A DNA stretch of 64,000 nucleotides from an uncultured Chloroflexia bacterium (GTDB lineage Bacteria; Chloroflexota; Anaerolineae; Anaerolineales; Anaerolineaceae), in the NCBI GenBank assembly GCA_963791025.1, contig CAWBQF010000001.1, positions 569,201-633,200 on the forward strand, written 5' to 3'. Below, in pieces: positions 33,088-42,576 of this stretch (position 1 is its first letter; each line of letters starts with the position of its first letter). The notes under the pieces are model-generated. The model was not told where the DNA came from. It made no database searches and saw nothing but the letters and a program-made list of their open reading frames with translations. The position numbers and the translations under genes are program-made.

Positions 33088-33133
33088 AACAGAGCGTGGA
33101 AGCAAATAACCTTTCCACACTCTGTTTTGTTTT
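33088..33133. terminator. hairpin at the 3' end of degV (probable terminator)
   Basis: 14-bp stem with one mismatch, aacagagcgtggaa / ttccacactctgtt. T-run ttttgttttt on the plus strand. It abuts the degV stop codon. Confidence 0.45.
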
Positions 33134-34002
33134 TAGACTTTCTCAGTGGGATAGTAACAGACGCCGACCGTACCCGGGCCAGTATGAACTGCCAGAGCTG
33201 GGGAAAGCTCAGCCTCGAGGCTTTCCACGCATTCAAACCGGTCCTCAACCAGCGTGCGGATCTTTTCTATCTCCTGGTAAGCCCCTGCGTGAACATAGGC
33301 AATCTTGATCTTGCCACGCGCCCCAGCCATTCTCTCGATCATTTCCACCATCATCTTATAAGCACTCAAACGGCTGCGCGCTTTTCCCAGCGCCACGATG
33401 ACCCCATCTTCCATGCCAATTACCGGTTTGATGTTCAAAATCGTTCCCAGCAGGCTCTGAGCGCGTCCAATGCGCCCACCCATATACAGATACTTCAATG
33501 TGTCCGCCGTCTGGATCATTTGCGTGACTGGGATCATTCGATTGACAAGGGCAAGAATTTGATCGGCCGGTTTTCCACTCAGCGCGGCTCGGGCCGCTTC
33601 GATGACCATCCACCCCTGGCACAGCGATACCGTCCGGCTGTCCACGACTTCAACCCGAAGCTCTGGCAAGGTCTCTCTCACCATCGACTGGGCTACGCAG
33701 GCAGCCTGATAGGCGCCGCTCCCGCGCGAGGTCATGTGTATACTTACGATTTCACGAAAGCCCTGCTTTGCCAGATTTTGATACATTTCCAGGTAATCGC
33801 CTGGACCGGGGCTGGCTGTAGTGGGCACAAACGAAGCACGCTCCATCCAGCGCAAGAACTCCTCACGCTGGACCGTCACCAGATCACGCAGCACCTCTTG
33901 TCCACGGTGGATATAGTAAGCCACCCAATGAATATTTAAAGCGGACAGGAGAGGCTCTGGAATACTGGCACAACTATCGGTCACGATGGCGACGTTTCTC
34001 AT
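33133..34002 (-). CDS. DegV-family fatty-acid-binding protein
   Basis: 289 aa. The N-terminal VAIVTDSCASIP and overall pattern are typical of DegV. Confidence 0.85.
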   Translation of the reverse strand: MRNVAIVTDSCASIPEPLLSALNIHWVAYYIHRGQEVLRDLVTVQREEFLRWMERASFVPTTASPGPGDYLEMYQNLAKQGFREIVSIHMTSRGSGAYQAACVAQSMVRETLPELRVEVVDSRTVSLCQGWMVIEAARAALSGKPADQILALVNRMIPVTQMIQTADTLKYLYMGGRIGRAQSLLGTILNIKPVIGMEDGVIVALGKARSRLSAYKMMVEMIERMAGARGKIKIAYVHAGAYQEIEKIRTLVEDRFECVESLEAELSPALAVHTGPGTVGVCYYPTEKV

Positions 34003-34119
34003 ACTTTATTCATTATAAAGATTCTCCCCAAGATTATGGTCATGGTTCAGGTCACATTTCCCTTCGAAGGAGATCTATTACCAGATTAACAGAAGATGAG
34101 AGCAAAAAGCGCGCAGCAC

Positions 34120-34147
34120 TTGACAAATTTTGAAAGCATGCTATAAA
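34120..34147 (+). promoter_or_regulatory. candidate sigma-70 promoter of the liv-type ABC operon
   Basis: TTGACA (34120-34125), 16-nt spacer, TATAAA (34142-34147), about 345 nt upstream of ATG 34493. Confidence 0.5.
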
Positions 34148-34492
34148 CAGTACAATTAATTTCTACAATTTGTATATTTTCAGCTTACTGATAATGTGAA
34201 GCATCACTATCTTTTTTCGTGACTGGGCCGAAAAAAGATGTATCACTTTGATTATTGTTATGGCCGTGATCATAATGCCTTCATTTCTCCCTGGTCGGCC
34301 ATTCTAACGATACCTGTTTCTGCAAGATCCCTTAATACTCACCGGTATGGTATAGGGAATATTCCTGCCATTCTGTGAGTTCATTTGGGCCAGATCTAAT
34401 TTTCAAATTCCTGCTCCTCAATGGATATTCATGCCGAGTAACCTACCCGGCATGTTGCCAAATTCAATCTCTTTCGCCAAAGGAGAAGTGTA

Positions 34493-35669
34493 ATGTTATC
34501 AAGGAGAAGCAGTAAAGTATTTGCTTGTCTGGTGCTGGTTATGGTGGTTCTATCTTCCATGCTCACCGGCTGCAGCACCGAGAAAAAGATCAAGATCGGT
34601 TTCGTCGCCCAAATGACCGGTCCTGAACTCATATATTGGTCAGGCAGCGAAAGTTGCCCTCGATGACCGGATCAAGGAGATTAATGACAACGGCGGTATT
34701 CGCGGTTATCAGGTTGAGTTGATCACATACGACAGCCGCTCTGAGGTGCCGGATGCGGTTGCGGCTGCTAAGCGCCTGATCGAACAGGATCATGTAGTCG
34801 GCGCAATTGGCCCAGAATGGTCCGGAGCGGCTATTCCGATTGCCTCGATTGCTGACCAGGCGAAGGTGCCTTTCTTTGCCACCACTGCCTCAAACATCAA
34901 AGTGACGGTGGATGATAGTGAAAAGGTTCACCCTTACATGTTCCGGGCTTGCTTTATTGACCCCTACCAGGGGTATGCCCTCGCCGACTTTGCTTACAAG
35001 GAATTGGGCAAGCGTAAGGTGGCTTTCATTACCGATGTCACCGCTGCATATTCTGTCGGCATCCAGAACTACTTTGAGCAGCACTTCGCAGAATTGGGCG
35101 GAGAAGTGGTCGCCAAAGAGGGCTATCAGGCGAACGATACAGAATTCCGCGCTCAAATTTCCAAAGTAGCTGAGTCTGGCGCTGACCTTTTGGTTATCCC
35201 TACCGCTACCTACCGGGACGCGGCGCTCATCAGTAAGCAGGTGGCCGCCCTGGGGCTGAAAGTCCAGTTCCTTGGGGTGGATGGCTGGGTCGCGGATGAA
35301 CTCTTGACTATGGCTGGCGCTGAATTGGAGGGAGCTTATCTCTCCAGCGGTGTTTCCACCGAATCCCCTGAATTTCAGGACTACAACACCAAGTTTGAGG
35401 CAGCGCACGGGCAAAAAGCGACTGTTTATGCTTACTACGCCCTGGATGCTCTCTACTCCTATGAATATGCCATTGGGGCCGCCATTGATAAGGCTGGAAA
35501 ACCGGATCCAACAGCTGTTAAAGAAGCTTTGGAAAGCATGAACGGGATACAGGCCTTCACCAGCAAGCTGACGGTTGAACCCGACACCCACAATCCTCAC
35601 AACAAGCCCGTTATCATCATGCAGATTAAAGATGGTAAGTGGCAGATTGTGAAAACATACGAACCATAA
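34493..35669 (+). pseudogene. branched-chain amino-acid ABC substrate-binding lipoprotein (LivJ/K-like) with a frame break after the signal peptide
   Basis: ATG 34493 (AAAGGAG SD) encodes a lipoprotein signal with lipobox LTGC and IKIGFVAQMTGP, then stops at 34664. The mature domain (..NSYIGQAAKVALDDRIKEINDNGGI.. to 35669) continues one base out of frame, and that frame is open from 34617. Total length is 3n+1. Confidence 0.75.
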
Positions 35670-35754
35670 TCCTCCCGTTTCTTAAGATGTTTGGCGTGTT
35701 CCTCAGACTTATCCAACAGGAACACGCCAAACATTCCCGCTTTGGAGGTTCCCC

Positions 35755-36630
35755 TTGACACTCTTCCTGCAACAAGTGGTTAGCGGTATATCTATTGGCG
35801 CAGTTTACTCTCTGCTGGCAGTTGGCTATGCGCTTGTTTACAGCGTCTATAACTTTACAAACTGGGCGTTCGATGCCTTTATGGTGATCGGAGCCTTTGC
35901 CGGGTTTTACGCGATCACCTCTTTTCACCTGCCCTTCTGGGCAGCCGTCCTGTTTTCGATCCTTATGGCCGTTGGCCTATCGCTGCTGGTAGAGACAGGC
36001 GCTTACCGGCCGCTGCGCATGCGCAACGCCCCACGCCTGTTTATGATGATCTCAGCGATGGGCGCAAATATCGCCATTATCAACCTGATTAACAATCTGT
36101 TTGGCGGCGCTTTCCGCAAGTTCCCAGAGGTGACGGCGGGAACTTTTTATATCGGTAAGGTGGCGATTGGTAAGATGGACTTGTTCGCGGCTGTGTTTTC
36201 GTTTGTGACACTGGGCCTGTTGTGGTTCTTCTTGCAGCGGACTAAAGCCGGGCTTGGAATCCGCGCCTCGTCTTTGGATACTACTACGGCGGGCATTTTG
36301 GGCATCAACAACAATACAGTCGCTCTGCTGATCTTCGGGATCACCGGAGTGCTTTCAGCCGCCAGTGGTATCTTTTACGGCGTGAAGTACGCGGTTTATC
36401 CTTACCTGGGTGTTGTGACGACCAAAGCGATGATTGCCAGCATTATCGGTGGGTTAGGCAGCCTGCCAGGAGCGGTGGTGGGCAGCCTGCTGTTAGGGGT
36501 GCTAGAAACGCTCATCTCTGGCTACATTTCTTCCACCTACCGTGACCTGTTTTCCTTCACGTTTCTGATTATCGTGCTGTTGTTCCTACCGAACGGGATT
36601 TTAGGAATCCGCACAGAAGAAAAACTATAA
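35755..36630 (+). CDS. livH: branched-chain amino-acid ABC permease (LivH-type)
   Basis: 291 aa polytopic protein. LQQVVSGISIGAVYSLLAVGYALVY is typical of LivH. Confidence 0.85.
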   Translation: MTLFLQQVVSGISIGAVYSLLAVGYALVYSVYNFTNWAFDAFMVIGAFAGFYAITSFHLPFWAAVLFSILMAVGLSLLVETGAYRPLRMRNAPRLFMMISAMGANIAIINLINNLFGGAFRKFPEVTAGTFYIGKVAIGKMDLFAAVFSFVTLGLLWFFLQRTKAGLGIRASSLDTTTAGILGINNNTVALLIFGITGVLSAASGIFYGVKYAVYPYLGVVTTKAMIASIIGGLGSLPGAVVGSLLLGVLETLISGYISSTYRDLFSFTFLIIVLLFLPNGILGIRTEEKL

Positions 36631-36641
36631 AGGAGGCTGGC

Positions 36642-37541
36642 ATGGGATATATCAATACGATCTTCATTCTAGGTGGAATCAGCATTGTCGCCGCCCTGGG
36701 GCTGGCTATCCTGACCGGATATACCGGATTATTCTCCATCGGGCATGCCGGGTTCATGGCGTTGGGGGGGTACATGTCGGCTGTTCTGTATATGGAACTG
36801 CACATTCCATTTGTGTTCGCGCTGCTGCTGGGCGGCCTATTCGCAGGACTGTGCAGTCTTCTCATCGGCTACCCCACCTTTCGCTCCCGCCTGACAGGCG
36901 ATTACTTTGCGATTGCCACTTTTGGCTTCGCAGAAGCTATTCGCCTGGTGCTAACCAACACCTATACCATCATCGGTGGAGCGTATGGCTATACAGGCAT
37001 TCCCCTGCTGACCAACTCGTTCAATGTACTGCTCATCACCCTGGCAGCCATCTTATTGGCGCACAGTTTTGTGACTTCACAGTACGGCAAGAACTGCATT
37101 GCGGTGAGCCAGGATGCTGTCGCTGCGCAAATGATGGGCGTAAACATTCTCCAGACCAAGCTGATCGCCCTTTTTATCAGCGCCTTTTACGCGGGCGTGG
37201 CGGGCGGGCTGCTCGGGTTTTACCTGGCCTACCTGACCCCTTCCCTGTTTAACATCACGCGCTCATCGGATCTACTGGCTGCCGTGGTGTTTGGAGGGAT
37301 GCAGTCACTGATTGGGCCTATCATCGCCGCCTTTGTTCTGGTGGCTGTTCCGCAGCTCTTGTATTCGTTCACAGAATGGCGCCTGGTGATTTACGGTTTA
37401 CTGTTTGTAGGTGTAATGGTTTTCCGCCCTCAGGGCCTCCTGGGATACACCGAGATGAATTTCGCCTTCGCGCGAGTATGGTGGGGGCGATTCTTGCAGC
37501 GGTTGGGACGCCGTAAAGCAGCCCAACCGGAACGGAGTTGA
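36642..37541 (+). CDS. livM: branched-chain amino-acid ABC permease (LivM-type)
   Basis: 299 aa polytopic protein with the LTGYTGLFSIGHAGFMALGGY motif. Confidence 0.85.
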   Translation: MGYINTIFILGGISIVAALGLAILTGYTGLFSIGHAGFMALGGYMSAVLYMELHIPFVFALLLGGLFAGLCSLLIGYPTFRSRLTGDYFAIATFGFAEAIRLVLTNTYTIIGGAYGYTGIPLLTNSFNVLLITLAAILLAHSFVTSQYGKNCIAVSQDAVAAQMMGVNILQTKLIALFISAFYAGVAGGLLGFYLAYLTPSLFNITRSSDLLAAVVFGGMQSLIGPIIAAFVLVAVPQLLYSFTEWRLVIYGLLFVGVMVFRPQGLLGYTEMNFAFARVWWGRFLQRLGRRKAAQPERS

Positions 37542-37544
37542 GCG

Positions 37545-38351
37545 ATGACTGAAACGATCTTAAAGCTTCAAAATGTTTCGGTCGTCTTTGGTGGCGTACG
37601 AGCGGTACATGATGTTAACCTGACGCTGCCGAAAGGTGCTTTGGTTGGGTTGATTGGACCTAACGGAGCCGGAAAAACGACCATCTTTAATCTGATCACC
37701 GGCTCGTTGCGCCCTACCGAAGGGCAAATCTTGTTCCAAGATCAATCTATTGTTGGGCAGTCCCCCGACGCGCTGTGTCACCTGGGGATCTCACGCACCT
37801 TTCAGAATATCCGGCTCTTTCCGCGTATGACGGCCTTCGAAAACGTGGCGCTCGGATTACATTCTCAACCACGCTATTCGCTGTTCGAAGCCTTTATCCG
37901 CACGCGACGGGCACATAATGAGGAACAACGGATTCGGACCAAAGTTCATGACTTGCTTGATCTTGTAGAGCTGAGTGACTATGCGCAGAACATCGCAGGA
38001 AGTTTACCTTATGGCTTGCAGCGCCGCCTGGAATTGGCACGCGCGATGGCAACCTCTCCCAAACTGCTATTATTAGATGAACCAGCAGCGGGGATGAACG
38101 AAGACGAGTGCAGTGAGCTGATTGGGATGATTGAGCGTATCTACAGCGTGAAGGGATACAGCATCATTTTGATCGAACACCACATGAACGTGGTAATGGA
38201 ACTATGCCGCAACTCGACTATCTACGTGCTCAACCTGGGCGAAATTCTAGCCTCTGGCTCACCACAGGCTATTCAGAACAATGAAAGCGTCATTGGCGCT
38301 TATTTAGGAGTGAAAAAGAGCCGTAATGGAAACCCTCACGCCCTTTCTTAA
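37545..38351 (+). CDS. livG: ABC ATP-binding protein (LivG-type)
   Basis: Walker A GPNGAGKTT, signature LPYGLQRRLE, Walker B LLLLDEP. Confidence 0.9.
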   Translation: MTETILKLQNVSVVFGGVRAVHDVNLTLPKGALVGLIGPNGAGKTTIFNLITGSLRPTEGQILFQDQSIVGQSPDALCHLGISRTFQNIRLFPRMTAFENVALGLHSQPRYSLFEAFIRTRRAHNEEQRIRTKVHDLLDLVELSDYAQNIAGSLPYGLQRRLELARAMATSPKLLLLDEPAAGMNEDECSELIGMIERIYSVKGYSIILIEHHMNVVMELCRNSTIYVLNLGEILASGSPQAIQNNESVIGAYLGVKKSRNGNPHALS

Positions 38352-39070
38352 CGTCAGCAATCTAGATGTATATTACGGCGGCATCCACGCCTTGCACAAT
38401 GTGAACCTGCATGTCGAGCAGGGAGAAATTGCCTCGGTCATTGGCGCGAACGGCGCAGGAAAATCGACACTACTCAAAACTATTGCCGGGGTGAAAGATG
38501 CGCGCAACGGCGAAATAACGCTAGAAGGACGCTCCTTGCCTAAACAATCTCACCTGGTGGTGCGGGAAGGGGTTATGCTGGTGCCAGAAGGCAGGCGGAT
38601 CTTTGCGCCGCTTACCGTGCGAGAAAACCTGATGCTGGGAGCCTACTCACAAAATGACCACCAGCGTATTCAGAAACGCACAGAAGAAGTCTTTGAGTTG
38701 TTCCCCGTATTGAAAGCGCGGATCAACCAACCCGGCGGCACACTCTCGGGTGGCGAACAGCAAATGCTGGCGGTGGGCCGAGCCTTGATGGCCTCTCCGC
38801 GCCTGCTGCTGCTGGATGAACCTTCACTGGGCCTGGCTCCCATGGTGGTTGAGCAGCTGTTCGACACCTTCGTTCGACTGAATCAGGAACGGAATCTGAC
38901 CATCCTGCTGGTGGAGCAGAACGCCTCGCTGGCCCTAGAAATCAGCCACCGCTCGTTTGTGCTTGGGAACCGGGGAAATCAAGATGGAAGGTCGTGGGTT
39001 GGAACTGCTGGATGACCCACGCGTGCAGGCCAGCTACCTGGGGGTACGCCAGACTTCGATTGACGATTGA
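38326..39070 (+). pseudogene. livF: ABC ATP-binding protein (LivF-type) with a frame break near the C-terminus
   Basis: Walker A GANGAGKST, LSGGEQQML and LLLLDEP are intact. At ggg 38967-38969 the reading frame leaves the conserved tail. One base out of frame it reads GTGEIKMEGRGLELLDDPRVQASYLG...* and ends at 39070. Length is 3n+1. Confidence 0.8.
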
Positions 39071-39084
39071 AAAGGCGTTTCCGG

Positions 39085-39990
39085 TTACCGGTTGTGCCGC
39101 GCCAGCCGGTCGCGAATGCCATCTCCCAGGAGATTGAAGCCCATGACGGTGAGGGTGATCGCCAGCCCGGGAAAGAGCGCGATCCAGGGAGCAACATCCA
39201 GATAGTCGCGCCCCTCGGCGAGAAGTGTGCCCCATTCCGGTTCAGGCGGCTGCGCACCCAACCCGATAAAGCTCAACCCGCCGCCAGCTAACAGGATGGT
39301 TCCCAGGCGTAGGGTGGTCAACACTACCAGACTGGTGAGTAAGTTGGGCAAAATATGATGCAGCATCAGCCTTAGGCCGCTGGCCCCTAAGGCCCAACTG
39401 GCTTCAATGTAAGGGGAACCACGCAGTGAAATCGTTCCGGCGCGCGCCAGTCGAAAGTAAGCCGGAATGCCAGAAATACCGAGGGCGAGAATCGCGCCGT
39501 TGAGAGAGGGACCAGTACGGGCAATAATCAAAATGGCAAACAACATGCCAGGCAGCGCCAGCCATGCATCGATCACCCTGGAAAGCACCTGGTCTAACCA
39601 GCGCCCGTAGTAACCTGCCAACAGACCCAATACCACACCAGGCAGGGCAGAGAGGCCGGCAGCCAGGAAACTCATCTTCAAAGCCAGCCGAGCGCCAAAG
39701 ACAAGCCGACTGAAGACATCGCGGCCAAAGGCATCTGTGCCGAAGGGATGACCAGCACCAGGCGGCAGAAGGCGGGCATTGGGCAAAAGCGCATCTGGAG
39801 CATACGGCGCTAGCAGCGGCGCAAACACCGCCGTTATCACCACCAAACCGGCCAGCAGACTCCCCACCAGCAAATGCCATGACACCGTAAACGGCCACAA
39901 GCGCGACGCGCTTTGTAGGGGGCTTTGCACATCCACTGAAGAGGACGCGGTCAGGAAATCACTGCTGGCAGATAGATTCTCAGCAGCCAT
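39085..39990 (-). CDS. peptide/nickel-type ABC permease (DppC/OppC-like)
   Basis: 301 aa polytopic protein with a binding-protein-dependent transport signature region. Confidence 0.85.
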   Translation of the reverse strand: MAAENLSASSDFLTASSSVDVQSPLQSASRLWPFTVSWHLLVGSLLAGLVVITAVFAPLLAPYAPDALLPNARLLPPGAGHPFGTDAFGRDVFSRLVFGARLALKMSFLAAGLSALPGVVLGLLAGYYGRWLDQVLSRVIDAWLALPGMLFAILIIARTGPSLNGAILALGISGIPAYFRLARAGTISLRGSPYIEASWALGASGLRLMLHHILPNLLTSLVVLTTLRLGTILLAGGGLSFIGLGAQPPEPEWGTLLAEGRDYLDVAPWIALFPGLAITLTVMGFNLLGDGIRDRLARHNR

Positions 39991-40917
39991 CTATACCGCC
40001 TCATTCCCCACCCGCGGATCGAGCAGGCCGTGGGCCAAGTCAACCAGCAGATTAAAAAGCTGGAAAACCAGCGCCAACAAGAGAACAGCCCCCAGGATTA
40101 AAGGATAATCCTTGTCAAAAACGGCTTGCACAATTAATCGTCCCAGGCCGGGCCAGCCAAAGATGGTCTCAACTACAAAAGCGCCGCCCAAGAGATGACC
40201 AAAGTGCAGCCCTAACATCGTGACCACAGGCACCAGGCCATTCTTTAGAATGTGCTTCTGCCACACTTTACGCGCAGGCAGCCCCTTAGCGCGAGCCGTG
40301 AGCACATAAGCCGATCCGGCGGCATCGAGCAAGCTAGAGCGCGCCAGGCGCGCAATCATGGCGATCATAGGAACCGCAAGGGTGACGGCAGGCAGCACGA
40401 GGTGGGCCGGTGTGCCCCCCCCGACGACAGGCAGCCAGTGCAGCCGAACCGAAAAAAAGCCGGTAAGCAGCATAGCCATGCCAAAGGTGGGGATCGAAAT
40501 GCCCAAAGCCATACTCGACATCAACAGCAAGTCAAGCAGCCCACCCTGACAAGCGGCAGCCGAAGCCCCAAGCGGCAGCCCGATCAGCATGGCAGCCGCG
40601 GTGGCGGTGAAGGCAAGGAGCAGGGTATTCGAGAATCGCTCGCCAATCATTTCGTCTACAGACCTTTTCTGTACTAATGAGGTTCCAAAGTCGCCCTGAA
40701 CCACCCCCGAAAGATAACGGAAGTAGCGCACGAAAAGCGGCTGGTCCAGGCCCATCTCATGGCGCAAAGCATCCAACTGGGCCTGGGTAGCGGCATCACC
40801 CACCAGGTGTAAGGCAGCATCACCAGGGGAAGATTCCAGCACGGTGAAGGCAATCAGACTGGATAACATCAGCACCAGAACAGCGCCGAAAAGGCGGCGA
40901 GCGATCCTCGATACCAT
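39991..40917 (-). CDS. peptide/nickel-type ABC permease (DppB/OppB-like)
   Basis: 308 aa. N-terminal IARRLFGAVLVLMLSSLIAFTVL and C-terminal DPRV are typical of the family. Confidence 0.85.
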   Translation of the reverse strand: MVSRIARRLFGAVLVLMLSSLIAFTVLESSPGDAALHLVGDAATQAQLDALRHEMGLDQPLFVRYFRYLSGVVQGDFGTSLVQKRSVDEMIGERFSNTLLLAFTATAAAMLIGLPLGASAAACQGGLLDLLLMSSMALGISIPTFGMAMLLTGFFSVRLHWLPVVGGGTPAHLVLPAVTLAVPMIAMIARLARSSLLDAAGSAYVLTARAKGLPARKVWQKHILKNGLVPVVTMLGLHFGHLLGGAFVVETIFGWPGLGRLIVQAVFDKDYPLILGAVLLLALVFQLFNLLVDLAHGLLDPRVGNEAV

Positions 40918-40923
40918 CGTATC

Positions 40924-42546
40924 TTACTTTACTGTCTTGGTCGCATCATTCATCATGAGGCGGCCCATCGCACCGACAACAACACCTGAGACGTCTTTGC
41001 GAATGGCGATGAAGTCGGTAGGAGAATAAAGCGGCTGCCAGGGCGCATCTTGCAGAATGATCTGCTGGGCTTGCAGGTAGAGTGCGTTTCGTTTGGCGTC
41101 ATCCTGCTCATGCAGTCCCTGCGCCAACAGATCGTCTACCTGCGCGTTCTTATAGAAATTGCGGTTTGTGCGACCAATACGATCACTGGAGAGATACACG
41201 CTTAGGACATCCGCGTCATTCCAGTCATAACGCCACAGCAGTAAGTCATAATCACCCTGGGTGGCGGCTGTGATCGCGGCTGAGCTGTCGAGCTGCTGAA
41301 TCTCCACCGTAACACCCAATGTTTTCAACTGAGCCTGTAACACGGTCGCCAGGGCAGGATTGGGAGGACGCGTTGAGGTCAACAGGGTGACCTTGAGGGG
41401 CGCGCCATCTTTGGCCCAGGCGGCATCTGATTGCATCTCAAAACCTGCTTCCTGCAAAAGCGACTTGGCCTGATCCAGGTCGAAGCCCAATTCAGAAGAT
41501 TTTAGGGAAGGGTCGAAACCGGGCAGTGTGGGCGCTAAGGGCGCAAAAGCCACCTGACCAATGCCACCCAGGGCGGTCTGCAAAAGCTCATCTTTGTTGA
41601 CAGCATGCGAAAGAGCCTGACGCACCTTGACATCATCAAAGGGGGCCTTCTGACAGTTGTAGCCCAAATAAATGAGACTGTTGAGGGTTGTTTCAATCAG
41701 ATTTGTATTAGGGTCCTGCTTCAACTTAGCGACATGCCCAGGCGAATTGACAAACATAATATCCACCTCGCCCGCCTGGAAAGCAGTCAGTTGGGACGAT
41801 ACATCAGGGATGATCTTGAACACCAGTTCATCTGGGCTGGGAACGCCCTGGTTTTCCATAACCGGAGGCGCCCAGGCGTAATTCGGGTTCTTGACCAGGG
41901 TAACGGATACACCCGGCACCCACTTCTCAAACATAAAAGGACCACTCCCGACCGGCTTCTGAGCGAAACCATCACCACTTTCCTGCGCCGCCTTGGGACT
42001 GACAATCCCGGCATAAGGCGTAGATAAGGTGCTGAGAAGGGTGGTAGTCGGTTCCGGGAAGTTAAAGCGGACGGTTTGAGGATCCAGAACATCAATCAAT
42101 TCCACATCGGCGAGGGTGCCAATGACGGGCGAACTGGAACCCAACTCTTTGTAACGGTCAAAGTTAAACTTGACAGCCTCGGCATCGAGGGCCGTGCCAT
42201 CGTGGAACAGAATCCCTTTGCGCAGCTTAAACGTCACCTGCTTGCCATCCTCAGAAGTTCCCCAGGATTCGGCCAGGTAGGGTTGGTACGTGTTATCGCT
42301 GTCACGATAGACCAGGGTATCAAACAGATAGGGCAAAATGACATTCTGTCCAGAACCGGCGGGACCATGTGGGTCCAGTCCACTGGGTTCACTGGTGATG
42401 GCGCGGGTAATGGTGACAGGGGACGAACTGACAGAGGCAGTGTTCGCCCCAGGCTCACCAGCTTGCGGCTGAGTCGCTGTTGGAACGCATCCAGCGGCGG
42501 CGAGCAGCAAAACAAGCAGGAACAACCCAAATTTCTTCAACTTCAT
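40924..42546 (-). CDS. family-5 ABC substrate-binding lipoprotein (DppA/OppA-like)
   Basis: 540 aa, lipobox LAAAGC, and overall family-5 pattern. Confidence 0.85.
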   Translation of the reverse strand: MKLKKFGLFLLVLLLAAAGCVPTATQPQAGEPGANTASVSSSPVTITRAITSEPSGLDPHGPAGSGQNVILPYLFDTLVYRDSDNTYQPYLAESWGTSEDGKQVTFKLRKGILFHDGTALDAEAVKFNFDRYKELGSSSPVIGTLADVELIDVLDPQTVRFNFPEPTTTLLSTLSTPYAGIVSPKAAQESGDGFAQKPVGSGPFMFEKWVPGVSVTLVKNPNYAWAPPVMENQGVPSPDELVFKIIPDVSSQLTAFQAGEVDIMFVNSPGHVAKLKQDPNTNLIETTLNSLIYLGYNCQKAPFDDVKVRQALSHAVNKDELLQTALGGIGQVAFAPLAPTLPGFDPSLKSSELGFDLDQAKSLLQEAGFEMQSDAAWAKDGAPLKVTLLTSTRPPNPALATVLQAQLKTLGVTVEIQQLDSSAAITAATQGDYDLLLWRYDWNDADVLSVYLSSDRIGRTNRNFYKNAQVDDLLAQGLHEQDDAKRNALYLQAQQIILQDAPWQPLYSPTDFIAIRKDVSGVVVGAMGRLMMNDATKTVK

Positions 42547-42576
42547 TGTGCTCCTTCTTTCTATTTTCGGGCTTCT

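Noticed and set aside
33085-33939. 284-aa plus-strand ORF antisense to degV.
   Set aside because: It fully overlaps a well-supported DegV gene on the other strand. His/Arg/Gln-rich composition, no motifs, and no SD.
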